In this document: positions 19,039 through 29,767 of the stretch, one piece after another
How positions within the stretch are numbered: position 1 is the stretch's first letter
Layout: the number at the start of each line of letters is the position of its first letter
From: Candidatus Poribacteria bacterium
GTDB lineage: Bacteria; Poribacteria; WGA-4E; PCPOR2b
Direction: 5' to 3'
Assembly: GCA_965215015.1 (NCBI GenBank)
Contig: OZ244042.1
Span: 2,592,001 to 2,656,000, forward strand
Length of the DNA stretch: 64,000 nt
The notes under the pieces: model-generated
The model's input: the letters and a program-made list of their open reading frames with translations, nothing else
The model's database searches: none
Told to the model about the DNA's origin: nothing
Translations under genes and position numbers: made by a program

Positions 19039-19211
19039 CATCAAAGGGGCTATTTGTCCATTATAAAACTGTTGGAACGAGTTAGTGAGGGTATTGAGTC
19101 CATTCGTTCATTTGTTCAAAAATTCATTAATGAACCGATTGTTTTCACGTTTCACTCTCGGTATCAACAGTTGCAAACTAGCACCATTGGTTAATAGAAC
19201 AGGAGGCTATC

Positions 19212-20438
19212 ATGAAAATCACCGACATTGAATGTATCCCCATTGTTATGCCCCTTGCGGAACGCTACGACGATCACCACGGTCGTGTCCGCATGGGTAA
19301 CATTGACGAACACCTAGTTGTCAAGGTTCAAACAGATAATGGACTGGTCGGTTACGGCGATTATGAAGATGATCCCGCCCCAATCCCACAGTCGATGCTC
19401 GACATGCTCATCGGTCGCAGCCCGTTTGACTTTCTCCATAACAATTTTAATATGGCACTGGGGATGGCACTCTACGATGTGATGGGGAAACACCTCGAAG
19501 TGCCGGCTCACAAGCTGATGGGGCAAAAAGTACGAGATGCCGTGTCTGTGGCAGCATGGACTCGGCCATGTCCGCCGGAGGTTTTCCGCGACGAAATCCT
19601 GTACGCTGCCTCCCAAGGCTATACTATCTTTAAGATGCACTCCAGCGCACTGTATGATGTTATTGAGCAAACGCGGCTTGCTGAAGAGGTTGCACCCTCC
19701 GGCTTTAAGATTCACTGGGACTTCAATCACAACCGAAGTCTGGGAGTTGTGCTCCCCATTATCAGGGAATTGGAGAAGAACCACCCGATCGTCGGCTACA
19801 TTGAAGACCCCCTGCCTTGGACGGATGTTGACGGCTGGCGGAAACTGCGTGAGAAGACGCACATCCCGCTTATCATGCACGTTCCCCAACTCGGTGGTAT
19901 TCAGGAAGTCATCCAAGGTTGCGCTGACATCTATATGATTGGTGGTGGAATCGGCAACACTCTGATGAAAGGATTTGCCTATGGACAAGCAAACATCCAA
20001 ACGCTCATCCAGCAAAGCGGGGGCACACTGATGAAAGCGTTAACCCTGCACCAAGCTGCTGTTCTTCCGACTGCGACCGCTCATACGATAAACCTCGACG
20101 ACCAATACTCAGAGGACATAACAACGGAGCGTATTCCGGTGATTGAGGGATTTTCCCCTGTGCCTGAAGCCCCCGGACTGGGGTTCGAGGTGGACGAGGA
20201 TGCCATTGCACGGTTCGCATCCGGCACCCCATTAACAACCGGTAGAATCATCGGTATTCTGTCCTTGCCCGGCGGGCACAAGATTTACACCTCTCGCGGT
20301 CCGAGTGTCGCGAGTTTGACAGGCTATGAGGAAGGTGCTATCCGGGGAATTGACTTTGAGAAATGGGAAGACGATGGTTCTTCAGAATTTGAACGTATCT
20401 ATGAGCGGATAGAGAAAGAAGGCTCGTTCATAGAATAG
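19212..20438 (+). CDS. Mandelate racemase/muconate lactonizing enzyme (enolase superfamily)
   Basis: MKITDIE, TDNGLVGYG, ALYDVMGK, D.N, EDP, PGLG.EVD. Confidence 0.85.
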   Translation: MKITDIECIPIVMPLAERYDDHHGRVRMGNIDEHLVVKVQTDNGLVGYGDYEDDPAPIPQSMLDMLIGRSPFDFLHNNFNMALGMALYDVMGKHLEVPAHKLMGQKVRDAVSVAAWTRPCPPEVFRDEILYAASQGYTIFKMHSSALYDVIEQTRLAEEVAPSGFKIHWDFNHNRSLGVVLPIIRELEKNHPIVGYIEDPLPWTDVDGWRKLREKTHIPLIMHVPQLGGIQEVIQGCADIYMIGGGIGNTLMKGFAYGQANIQTLIQQSGGTLMKALTLHQAAVLPTATAHTINLDDQYSEDITTERIPVIEGFSPVPEAPGLGFEVDEDAIARFASGTPLTTGRIIGILSLPGGHKIYTSRGPSVASLTGYEEGAIRGIDFEKWEDDGSSEFERIYERIEKEGSFIE

Positions 20439-20454
20439 AAATGGGAGGGAAGAA

Positions 20455-21129
20455 ATGAAAGTCCTCATTACCGGTGCCGCCGGTGCTGTTGGTTCAACCC
20501 TTGTAAAAGGTATGAAAGATCGACATACCATTCGCGGGCTTGACCGCTTACCGATGCCCGACCTTGAAGACACAATCGAAGGAGATGTAGCAGACTTCGA
20601 CACCATGCTCAAAGCTACGGAGGGCATGGAGGCTGTTATTCACCTTACCGGGACCGACAGCGAGTGGGAGGCTGCCCTGCAAAGCAATTTCATAGGCACC
20701 TACAACATGCTTGAAGCCTCGCGCTTGAACAGTGTGAAACGGATTGCGTACGCTAGCCGCGCTGGCGTGTTGGGGCCCTATCCGAAAAGCATCAAGCGGA
20801 CAATTGACATGCCAACCAAGCCGGTCGGTCATTATACGGTTAGCAAGGTGTTCGGTGAGGCGATGGGATATTCTTACGCGAACCGGTACGATATGGAGTT
20901 CGTCGCGGTCCGAATTGGGAATTTTAACCGTCACAGACCGTTGCCTGAACATCCCCACCACCTCGGTCATGGTGATGCAGTGCGTGTGTTTGAGCAAGCC
21001 GTTACACACCCGGATATAAAGTTTGAAATTGTGTTCGGTGTCTCGGATAGCAATTGGCCCCTGTACGACCTAGACCATGGGCGTCTGGCAATCGGCTACT
21101 ATCCGCAAGACCGTTATGAGCATAAGTAA
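20455..21129 (+). CDS. NAD-dependent epimerase/dehydratase (uronate dehydrogenase-like)
   Basis: TGAAGAVG, YxxSK, VRIG. Confidence 0.85.
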   Translation: MKVLITGAAGAVGSTLVKGMKDRHTIRGLDRLPMPDLEDTIEGDVADFDTMLKATEGMEAVIHLTGTDSEWEAALQSNFIGTYNMLEASRLNSVKRIAYASRAGVLGPYPKSIKRTIDMPTKPVGHYTVSKVFGEAMGYSYANRYDMEFVAVRIGNFNRHRPLPEHPHHLGHGDAVRVFEQAVTHPDIKFEIVFGVSDSNWPLYDLDHGRLAIGYYPQDRYEHK

Positions 21130-21219
21130 ATTCGTACATTCAAGGCAGCAACTTACGCTTGTCATTGTTTCAACCGGTCCAACACCTCAACTGCGGCCCT
21201 GTTTTTTGGGAGCGGAATT

Positions 21220-24200
21220 GTGCGTAATATCAAACCGATTCTTGGGCTAACCTTCTTTTTTTCATGTGCGTGTGGTATCATCTACGAAGTCATCTGGGCA
21301 CGCCAGCTAACTCTGTTTTTCGGCAGTCTAGTGTTTGCTGTGAGCACACTGCTAAGTGCATTCGTAAGCGGGTTGGGACTCGGCAGCTTTTACTTCGGGC
21401 GGTTGGCAGGCAAAGAAAAGCGACCATTGCGCCTGTATGCCTTTCTCGGAGTGGGACTCGGAATCTTTGCACTCATCTTCCCGACCCTATTAGATATTCT
21501 CAACGCTCTCTGTATCCTCATCTATCGTGGACTGGGTGCGGGGTTCTATCTCCTGTCGTGGATTCGGTTTGTCCTGTCATTTGCTGTCCTGCTGATTCCA
21601 TCAACGCTGATGGGCGGCATACTTCCCCTTCTCAGTCAGCTCGCCCAAGAACGGTGTGCAGGATTCAAAGCGAGTCGTCTTTTCACCATTAATATGCTTG
21701 CTGCAAGCCTCGGTTGTATCGCTATCGGGTTCTTCCTGATTCAGCTTCTAGGTGTTCAGCATTCAGTCTATTTGGGTGTAGCGATTAATTTGATTCTGGG
21801 AGTTGTTGCTTTCGGTTTAGACCGTTCTTGGTCTGACACCTCTTTAGACATGCAGCAGGACTTAGACAACGGATTGGAAATATCCCCAAAAGGGGCAATA
21901 TGGCAACTATTGTTATGGACATTCGCTGTTGCGGGCTTCTGCGTGATGGCTTATGCTGTCCTGTGGACACGGATTCTGACCTCCTTTCTCGGCAACACAA
22001 ATTATGCTTTCTCGGTTATGCTGACTGCCTTACTGCTCGGCATTGCGGTTGGAAGTTTTCTATTTGAAGTAATCGTGCGGCGGGTTAAACTGTTTGTCAA
22101 TCTTTTCGGATTGATTCAGATTGGAATAGGCCTGTCCGCTGTTACGCTAATACCACCTTTCGGAAATCTATATGAGATCAGCAGAGAGTTGCAAGCTGCC
22201 TTTGGGGTTGGACGTTTTTGGGAATTTGTTGCAGGGTTTATCCTGATAATTGTTCCCACAATCCTGATAGGAGCTAGTTTTCCGTTGGTTATGCGGATTT
22301 GTGCCGCTGTCAAATCACAATCCGCAGCTTATCCATTCAGCACAATCGGTGCATTTCTTGGATCACTGTGTACAGGGTTTGTCCTGATTCCACTGATTGG
22401 GATACGTCCAAGCCTTCTCTTAATCTGCGTGTTGAGTGCGGTTATGGGGTGTGCACTAATTCTTCTGAATTCCGAAAAATCACAGATTTTCAGCGGCACC
22501 GCGATTGGTGGCACAATCTTGACCGTTGGAGTGGGACTGATGGTGTTACTGTGGGGGAGCTCACCTCTTTTTTTGAAAAGCGGCACCTTTTGGACGCAAC
22601 GCGTAAACGATACACTAGTCGGACATACCGAAACTGTTGATGCGAACATGGTCACATTTATGGATGATCAAGGTATCCATCGGCTGTATGTTGACAATGA
22701 CGAGATCGCCGATGCTTCTCGCCGGGGATCTGTGTCACATCGGATTATCGCCCATCTGCCGCTGTTGTTGCATCCAAACCCTGAACGCGGGCTTGTCCTC
22801 GGATTTGGGGTGGGAATCTCGTCCCATACCATGACGCAGCACGACGTGCATGTGGACGCCGTCGAAAATCCAGAGGGGCTCATCGAAGCGGCGCGGCAAC
22901 ACTTTACTGATGTAAACCGTAACGTCCTCGACAGCTCGACGCTCAATCATAGGTTCAATGATGAACGAAGCTATGTGTTGATGACACCAAAGCGATACGA
23001 TGTAATTTCCATAGGTGCCTTCCACCCGCTTGTGAGTTCAAAGGGTTCTAATCTTTACACCACAGATTTCTATAGATGGTGTAAGCGTATCCTCACAGAA
23101 GATGGTATAATATGTCGATGGATACCGCTCAAGCGGCTGCCGGGAACACATCTCAAAATGATTGTAAGGACCTTCATTGAGGTGTTTCCAAACGCGACAA
23201 TATGGTATAAATACACACCGGACTTTGCCATCCTGATTGGCACGCCAGGGCGGTTCAAGATAAATTATAAGCGTTTTATGGAGCGGGCGCAGGGTCCAAG
23301 GGTTCACCAAGCCCTCGCAGCTGATGACCTTGATGGTATGTCGCTACTCGATTCATTCATGATGGGCGAGAAGGTTGTCCGAGCGTATGTCGGTGATGGT
23401 CCAATCCATACAGACAATCACCCACATTTGGAATTCTTCCATCCCCGTGCACTTGTGAATACAAACCACAAAAACATTGAAGGGTTGATGAAATACCGTG
23501 AACGCGTCACACCCTATTTAGCGAACTACGGTCGCACGATGAACGCCAAAATTGAGGTGCGAAAGCGGATTGATCTCTACTTTGATGCCACACAGAAGTT
23601 AATCGAAGGACAGATTGAATATGCCAAAGGACAATATGAGAAGGCTGTTGGTGTATTGAATCAGGCTGTAGCCCTTAACCCAGACGATTATACGATTCGG
23701 TACAATCTTGGGGCTGCGGTAGAGTTAGCAAACAGGGTTTATCAACAGGAGCTCAAGCAGACCGAAAGGGTCCTCAAACAAGCACTACAGAGCAATCCAC
23801 GGGATGTCCAAAAACAGATCGAACTAGGTATCACCTATGAACTTCAGGGGGAATTGGCAAAGTCAGCGGACGCCTTTGAAGAAGCACTTAAATATGAACC
23901 GAGTCGCCTAGAGCTTTATTCGTTGCTCGGCCCGATTTATGAACGTCAAGAACGGTACGATGAGGCGTTGCACACGTACCAGCGGCTTGAGAAATTAGAA
24001 CCGAATCTCCCCGCTATCATTTTTGGTGCAATGGCATCGATTTATCATTTTCATAAGAAAATGCTTCCTGATGCCCTCAAATACGCGCAGAAGGCGTTGG
24101 CAGTCGATCCCAATTCTTGGCGTGTGCATAACCTGTTAGGGGTTATCTATACGGATAAGAAAGAATTTAGACAAGCCGTTGATGCGTTCAAAGCTGCGAT

Positions 24201-24381
24201 GCGACTCGCTCCGAATGAACCGATCTCACACAGCGATTTAGCGAAAGTATATCTCGCCCAAGGCAGGTACGACGAGGCGTTGAAATCGGTTGACACAGCA
24301 ATACGTCTCGCACCAAGGGATTCATACTTTCAAGAACAACGCCATCAGATTGAATCAACAATGGTGTCAAATAAAGAATGA
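21220..24381 (+). CDS. Fused membrane (MFS-like)/spermidine synthase-like protein with C-terminal TPRs
   Basis: About 13 hydrophobic segments (YEV.W.R), HLPLLLHP.P..LVLG.G.G, TDNHP.LEF, tandem TPRs. Confidence 0.85.
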   Translation: MRNIKPILGLTFFFSCACGIIYEVIWARQLTLFFGSLVFAVSTLLSAFVSGLGLGSFYFGRLAGKEKRPLRLYAFLGVGLGIFALIFPTLLDILNALCILIYRGLGAGFYLLSWIRFVLSFAVLLIPSTLMGGILPLLSQLAQERCAGFKASRLFTINMLAASLGCIAIGFFLIQLLGVQHSVYLGVAINLILGVVAFGLDRSWSDTSLDMQQDLDNGLEISPKGAIWQLLLWTFAVAGFCVMAYAVLWTRILTSFLGNTNYAFSVMLTALLLGIAVGSFLFEVIVRRVKLFVNLFGLIQIGIGLSAVTLIPPFGNLYEISRELQAAFGVGRFWEFVAGFILIIVPTILIGASFPLVMRICAAVKSQSAAYPFSTIGAFLGSLCTGFVLIPLIGIRPSLLLICVLSAVMGCALILLNSEKSQIFSGTAIGGTILTVGVGLMVLLWGSSPLFLKSGTFWTQRVNDTLVGHTETVDANMVTFMDDQGIHRLYVDNDEIADASRRGSVSHRIIAHLPLLLHPNPERGLVLGFGVGISSHTMTQHDVHVDAVENPEGLIEAARQHFTDVNRNVLDSSTLNHRFNDERSYVLMTPKRYDVISIGAFHPLVSSKGSNLYTTDFYRWCKRILTEDGIICRWIPLKRLPGTHLKMIVRTFIEVFPNATIWYKYTPDFAILIGTPGRFKINYKRFMERAQGPRVHQALAADDLDGMSLLDSFMMGEKVVRAYVGDGPIHTDNHPHLEFFHPRALVNTNHKNIEGLMKYRERVTPYLANYGRTMNAKIEVRKRIDLYFDATQKLIEGQIEYAKGQYEKAVGVLNQAVALNPDDYTIRYNLGAAVELANRVYQQELKQTERVLKQALQSNPRDVQKQIELGITYELQGELAKSADAFEEALKYEPSRLELYSLLGPIYERQERYDEALHTYQRLEKLEPNLPAIIFGAMASIYHFHKKMLPDALKYAQKALAVDPNSWRVHNLLGVIYTDKKEFRQAVDAFKAAMRLAPNEPISHSDLAKVYLAQGRYDEALKSVDTAIRLAPRDSYFQEQRHQIESTMVSNKE

Positions 24382-24594
24382 AGCAGCCGAAGAACTGAAG
24401 GTTGAAACCACAAGGACCCGCTGCAGAGAAGCAAAGAAAAACAACAATGCGTTCATTTGTTCATTGGTTCATTGGTTCATGTTAAGAAATGGTGCAATAT
24501 AAATCGTGGGGAACAACTCTCGGACTGGTCGGTCACAGATTGGAGGATCGTTGTTCCTTACTGCCAAAAACTCGAGTTCTCTTTGCACTTTCTT

Positions 24595-24698
24595 TAGGAC
24601 TTACGCAGTTGAAGGCTCAATGCCAACACCAGAAAAGGGCGCGCAATGGTCATCGTGGGTTGAATGGCATTACGACACACTCAAGTGCCTAACTCCTA
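24595..24698 (+). mobile_element. MITE, short form (TIR TAGGACTTACGCAGTTGA / TCAAGTGCCTAACTCCTA)
   Basis: Imperfect 18-bp TIRs; TTTCTT duplicated on both flanks; near-identical inverted copy at 30892-30994. Confidence 0.8.
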
Positions 24699-24820
24699 TT
24701 TCTTTTTACTTTTTATTATGAGCCTCGTTCATTAGTGCATTGACAGGTCACCGGTGAACCAATGAACTCAAAAAAATTCTGTGTCTCTGCGGTAAATTTG
24801 AGAGGAGTAATTGATAGAAA

Positions 24821-26086
24821 ATGCAGATTCAATCACCAAAAGGGACGAGAGACATCCTCCCTTCAGAAGTTCAAACATGGCAATGGGTCGAACAGATCGC
24901 ACGCTCTGTTTTTAGCACTTACGGGTATCAGGAGATCCGCACACCAATTTTTGAAAGCACAGACCTTTTCGTGCGCGGGGTCGGCGATACCACCGACATC
25001 GTTGAAAAAGAGATGTACACCTTCAATGACAGGGGCAATCGAAGTGTCTCATTGCGTCCAGAGGGCACAGCATCAGTGGTGCGTGCCATGCTCCAAAATC
25101 GTTTGATGGACGGTGCCAGCGTCTTAAAATTTTACTATATCGGTCAAATGTTTCGCTATGACCGTCCGCAGGCGGGACGGTATCGAGAGTTTTGGCAGAT
25201 TGGCATCGAAGCATTTGGGGCGGAGGCACCCGCAATCGACGCAGAGATTATCGCAGCAGGACACCAATTCTTCTCAACACTCGGTATCAAAGACCTCACA
25301 TTACACCTGAACAGCATCGGCGATACGGCATGTCGTCCAAAGTACGTTGAAGATCTGAAGGCCTATGCGAAAGCGCATCTTGATGAACTATGTGGAAAAT
25401 GTTATGCGCGTTACGAACGGAACCCGATGCGAATCTTGGATTGTAAGGAGAGCGGTTGTCGTGCCGTTGTCGCTAATGCCCCTCTTTTGTCTAACTATTT
25501 GTGTGATGCCTGCCGTGAGAATTTCGATATGGTAAAAAGCTATCTCGATGGACTCGAAATTGATTACCACGAAGATCCATACGTCGTTAGAGGATTGGAT
25601 TACTACTCTCGCACCGCGTTTGAATTCACAGCAGGCGGCCTAGGTGCACAGAACGCCATTGGTGGTGGTGGGCGGTATGATTATCTAGCAGAAGAAATCG
25701 GTGGAGCCCCAACCCCCGGCATTGGATTCGCGCTCGGTATGGATCGGATTATCATCGCCTTAGACGCCCAGAATGTTACGGTGCCAACCTCTGCACCGGT
25801 GGATGTCTATCTCACGGTATTAGGAGAAGCAGCGATGCCTATAGCCCTACAGTTGGCACAAGATCTTCGTGAGAATGGCGTCAAAACGGATTTGGAGTTT
25901 AAAGGGCGTGGCTTGCGTGCACAAATGAGGACTGCAAACAAACTGAACGCACGGTATGTTATCATGATCGGCGAAGATGAAATCAACAACGCAGCTGCAA
26001 CGGTGCGGGATATGGGAAGCGGCGATCAGCAGTCAATTGTGTTCCCACAGTTAGCGGAAATGATGCGTGAAAAGTTGGATAGCTAG
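24821..26086 (+). CDS. hisS: Histidine--tRNA ligase
   Basis: PKGTRD, KEMYTF, LRPEGTA, RPQAGRYREF, VRGLDYY, GGGRYD. Confidence 0.97.
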   Translation: MQIQSPKGTRDILPSEVQTWQWVEQIARSVFSTYGYQEIRTPIFESTDLFVRGVGDTTDIVEKEMYTFNDRGNRSVSLRPEGTASVVRAMLQNRLMDGASVLKFYYIGQMFRYDRPQAGRYREFWQIGIEAFGAEAPAIDAEIIAAGHQFFSTLGIKDLTLHLNSIGDTACRPKYVEDLKAYAKAHLDELCGKCYARYERNPMRILDCKESGCRAVVANAPLLSNYLCDACRENFDMVKSYLDGLEIDYHEDPYVVRGLDYYSRTAFEFTAGGLGAQNAIGGGGRYDYLAEEIGGAPTPGIGFALGMDRIIIALDAQNVTVPTSAPVDVYLTVLGEAAMPIALQLAQDLRENGVKTDLEFKGRGLRAQMRTANKLNARYVIMIGEDEINNAAATVRDMGSGDQQSIVFPQLAEMMREKLDS

Positions 26087-26254
26087 ATTTGACATTTGAC
26101 AGTGGTATAGGTCAGGCATCTTGCCCACCCCTCCTGCCCGGCTCAATATCGGCTAGCCTGTAGGTCAAGATTCCTATCTCGACACCCAAATGTCAACAGA
26201 ACCTAGAATCTGATCAGTCAAGTGTATCACCCTGAAAGTTGAAATTGCACTTTT

Positions 26255-26373
26255 TAGGACTTACGCAGTTGAAGGCTCAAAGCCTTGTAGCTCAGCAATT
26301 TATCGCCGCTAGACACCGTTTCCAACGCCCGATTCATCGGGCAACTACAGCAGAGACACCATAAGGAATCCTA
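26255..26373 (+). mobile_element. MITE-family copy carrying an inverted pair of GTAG-type REPs
   Basis: TAGGACTTACGCAGTTGAAGGCTCAA, then TGTAG...palindrome...CTACA, ending in AATCCTA. Confidence 0.6.
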
Positions 26374-26428
26374 GGGAACACCGATCGGTGTTCCCTCTTT
26401 TGATAAATCAAAGGAGAGAATCAAGACA

Positions 26429-28204
26429 ATGTCTGAAATGAAACGGACACATTATTGTGGAGAACTACGGTTTGCCGATGCCGGTAAATCGGCGCGACTC
26501 ACCGGTTGGGTATCCCGCCGCCGAGATCATGGCGGCGTTATTTTTGTAGACCTACGCGATCGAACCGGAATCACGCAGGTGGTCTTCGATCCGATGGTGG
26601 ATCCCGAAGCGCACCGGGCCGCACACGAAATTCGCAACGAATTTGTGTTAAGCGTCAGTGGAAAAGTACGGGAGCGGGGAGAGGGGCTCGTCAACCCCAA
26701 CCTCCTTACCGGCGAGATCGAATTAGCGACAGATGAACTGGAAATCCTAAATGTTGCGAAAACACCCCCCTTTGTTGTCGAGGACAACATTGATACGGCA
26801 GAGGATGTTCGTATGCAGTACCGATATGTTGACCTCCGCCGTCCAACAATGCAGAAGATGCTACAGGTCCGGCACAAAGCGATGCTTGCTGCACGGAAAT
26901 ATATGGATGAACAGGGCTTCCTTGAGATTGAGACGCCAATCTTGATGAACAGTACACCGGAGGGGGCGCGTGATTTTCTGGTGCCAAGCCGGCTCAACCC
27001 CGGCAAATTCTATGCCTTGCCACAGTCCCCACAGCAGTTCAAACAACTATCAATGATGAGCGGTGTAGACCGTTATTTCCAAATCGCGCGTTGTTTCCGT
27101 GACGAAGATACCCGTGCAAATCGGCTGCTTGAATTGACGCAGCTTGATATCGAAATGTCCTTCGCAACCCGGGAGGATGTCATGGAAGTGACGGAAGGAT
27201 TATTCAAGAGAATCTTTGAGGAAGCGGCTGGCATTCCCATCCCTACGCCGCTCCGCCGCATCCCTTACAGTGAGGCAATGGAACGATACGGCACCGATAA
27301 GCCAGATACACGGTTTGGACTGGAGCTCTCCGACCTATCGGATCTGGTGGCGGCCTGTGATTTCAAAGTATTTACGGAGGCATTGACGAGAGGCGGCCAG
27401 GTAAAAGGGATTGCTGTTCCCGGCGGCGCTGCACTTTCCCGAAAGGAAATTGATGATCTCACCGCGCTCGTCGCCATCTATAAAGCAAAGGGATTGGCGT
27501 GGATCAAGGTGACGGAGAACGGTTTTGAGTCGAGCATCGTCAAGTTTTTCAGCGAGGATACCCTCACAGCTATTGGCGAACGGATGGGCGCGAAGCCGGG
27601 AGATATAATGATGTTCGTCGCTGACAAACCGCAGATTGTCGCGGACGCGCTTGCAAGCCTGCGTCTACATCTCGGCGAAAAACTAGAACTGATTGATTAC
27701 GACCGCTTCGATTTCCTGTGGATTATCGATTTCCCACTGTTCTTCTGGAATGCAGAGGAGAATCGTTACGAACCTTCTCAACACCTCTTCACTATGATGC
27801 CCGAGGAGGACATTCCACTGCTGGATAGCGATCCGGGGAAGGCGAGAGGTCTACAATATGACCTGATTATCAACGGAGAAGAGTGCGCCGGGGGTAGCAT
27901 CAGAATTCATCGATGGGAGCTCCAACAGAAGATATTTGAAATTATGAAAATCAAACCTCAGGAGGTGACTGAGCGATTTGGGTACTTCGTTGAAGCATTG
28001 CAATATGGAACACCGCCGCACGGTGGTATTGCTTCGGGGTTAGATCGGATGATGATGCTGATGACTAGCGAAAAAAATATCCGTGAAGTCACCGCGTTTC
28101 CCAAGACCCAGAACGGACTATGTCTTCTCACCGGTGCACCCTCTGAAGTCAACGACGAACAGCTTGAAGAGTTGTCAATTCAGGTTGATGTGGCTGAAGA
28201 TTAA
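26429..28204 (+). CDS. aspS: Aspartate--tRNA ligase
   Basis: RTHYCGEL, RRDHGG, STPEGARDF, LPQSPQ.FKQ, YG.PPHGG. Confidence 0.97.
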   Translation: MSEMKRTHYCGELRFADAGKSARLTGWVSRRRDHGGVIFVDLRDRTGITQVVFDPMVDPEAHRAAHEIRNEFVLSVSGKVRERGEGLVNPNLLTGEIELATDELEILNVAKTPPFVVEDNIDTAEDVRMQYRYVDLRRPTMQKMLQVRHKAMLAARKYMDEQGFLEIETPILMNSTPEGARDFLVPSRLNPGKFYALPQSPQQFKQLSMMSGVDRYFQIARCFRDEDTRANRLLELTQLDIEMSFATREDVMEVTEGLFKRIFEEAAGIPIPTPLRRIPYSEAMERYGTDKPDTRFGLELSDLSDLVAACDFKVFTEALTRGGQVKGIAVPGGAALSRKEIDDLTALVAIYKAKGLAWIKVTENGFESSIVKFFSEDTLTAIGERMGAKPGDIMMFVADKPQIVADALASLRLHLGEKLELIDYDRFDFLWIIDFPLFFWNAEENRYEPSQHLFTMMPEEDIPLLDSDPGKARGLQYDLIINGEECAGGSIRIHRWELQQKIFEIMKIKPQEVTERFGYFVEALQYGTPPHGGIASGLDRMMMLMTSEKNIREVTAFPKTQNGLCLLTGAPSEVNDEQLEELSIQVDVAED

Positions 28205-28397
28205 TCAGATTTATGGGGCAGTGCACATAAGTTTTACATCTCATTCATACATCTGTTTTGCGAAACCCATCTCAGACGTCTGACGTCATTATCTAGGGAG
28301 CTTTGTTTTCAGACAGTGCTGGGGCAGTGTAGCTGGTAACCTGTGTCAGGTTGAACACATGTTTCCCGACAAAAGGGCAAAAATGGAAATGGCTGCA

Positions 28398-28590
28398 ATG
28401 AAGGAAAAGATCCATTTCAGTCCAGGAGATTAACAGTTCATTGACCAAGCCATAGATTTTTGACAACCAATGGGTGAACGCGCAGTCCTCATGTTGGTTG
28501 GGAGTCGTGCCGCTAACTTTACCGATGAATGGTCGGACCTTGACCTGTGTATCATTGGCGATAAGCAGCGTCTTTCCCATGAAACCCGGA
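28398..28590 (+). pseudogene. Remnant of a nucleotidyltransferase-domain gene
   Basis: MKEKIHFSPGD*QFIDQAIDF*QPMGERAVLMLVGSRA...DEWSDLDL; GS..D.D motif with in-frame stops. Confidence 0.55.
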
Positions 28591-28728
28591 GAACTCCTGT
28601 TTCCTCAACCAATTCGAGTGAAGGCAGGTCATCAATTCTTTCAAGTGTTCGTAATGTAGATGCATCGGGCATGACTCTTGCACAAGATATTGTGTGATTT
28701 TTCAATGATAACGAAGGAGATTTTTGAG

Positions 28729-29694
28729 ATGGAGAGAGACCAGTTGCTCAAAAAACGAATTGCAGTGTTGATGGGTGGGAGATCCGGTGAAAGGCAGGTG
28801 TCATTGCGATCCGGAGCAAGAATCACCGCCGCACTTGAACGGCTTGGTGCAGATGTCATGACAATCGATCCAATTGACCTCGATTGGGTGGAGCGGATGC
28901 GAGCCGCCTCAATTGAAATTGCATTTCTGGGGGTACACGGCAAAGGTTGCGAGGATGGAACGATTCAGGGCGTTTTAGAGGCATTTGAGTTTAGCTACAC
29001 CGGTTCCGGGGTGCTCCCAAGTGCGCTGGCAATGAATAAGGTCATGACCAAGCGGGTGCTATCTACGCTGAGCCTCCCGACGCCGGATTACCTCGCCGTT
29101 GACCCGAACCAAAATTTAGATCTGCAATGCGAGGAGGCTGTCGATCGCTTGGGTTTGCCACTTGTGCTTAAACCGGCATCAGAAGGTTCAAGCATTGGGG
29201 TATCGATTATTTGGGAGTTATCAGAGCTGAGGCGGATTGCCTATAAAACTCAACATCAGTTCGGAGAAATCCTTTTTGAGCGATATATCCAAGGGCAGGA
29301 AGTTACTGTTGGGGTACTAGGAATCGGAGCAAATCTCCGTGCTTTGCCCATACTCGAACTGGTTCCTCAACGGGAATTTTACGACTATGAAGCGAAGTAC
29401 ACCAAGGGGATGACAGAGTTTATTATTCCCGCGAGATTGTCCGATTCGCTGACCGAGCAGGTACAGGAGATTGCACTTGGGACACACCAAGCGGTCGGTT
29501 GTTGGGGTGTCTCACGGGTGGACATGTTAGTCGATACCGATGGACAACCTTACGTGATGGAGATTAATACACTACCGGGGTTGACCGATCTTAGCGACCT
29601 ACCAGCACAAGCAGCAGCAGCGGGAATGTCTTATGATGAATTGATCTATGAAATCCTAGAGAGTGCACAAGGGCGTCTCATTGCATTGGATTAG
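28729..29694 (+). CDS. ddl: D-alanine--D-alanine ligase
   Basis: GGRSGERQVS, HG..EDG, EGSSIG, FYDYEAKY, EINTLPG; AAGGAG RBS before ATG at 28729. Confidence 0.95.
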   Translation: MERDQLLKKRIAVLMGGRSGERQVSLRSGARITAALERLGADVMTIDPIDLDWVERMRAASIEIAFLGVHGKGCEDGTIQGVLEAFEFSYTGSGVLPSALAMNKVMTKRVLSTLSLPTPDYLAVDPNQNLDLQCEEAVDRLGLPLVLKPASEGSSIGVSIIWELSELRRIAYKTQHQFGEILFERYIQGQEVTVGVLGIGANLRALPILELVPQREFYDYEAKYTKGMTEFIIPARLSDSLTEQVQEIALGTHQAVGCWGVSRVDMLVDTDGQPYVMEINTLPGLTDLSDLPAQAAAAGMSYDELIYEILESAQGRLIALD

Positions 29695-29767
29695 TATCGA
29701 TAAGAGATAAGTCCTAATCGATTTGTCGTTAGCACTACTCCGATTTCGATGCATCATACTCAAGTGT

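Noticed and set aside
26087-26428. T-box or tRNA between hisS and aspS
   Set aside because: No T-box motif or cloverleaf seen; the hairpins match the REP/MITE families found elsewhere in the window.
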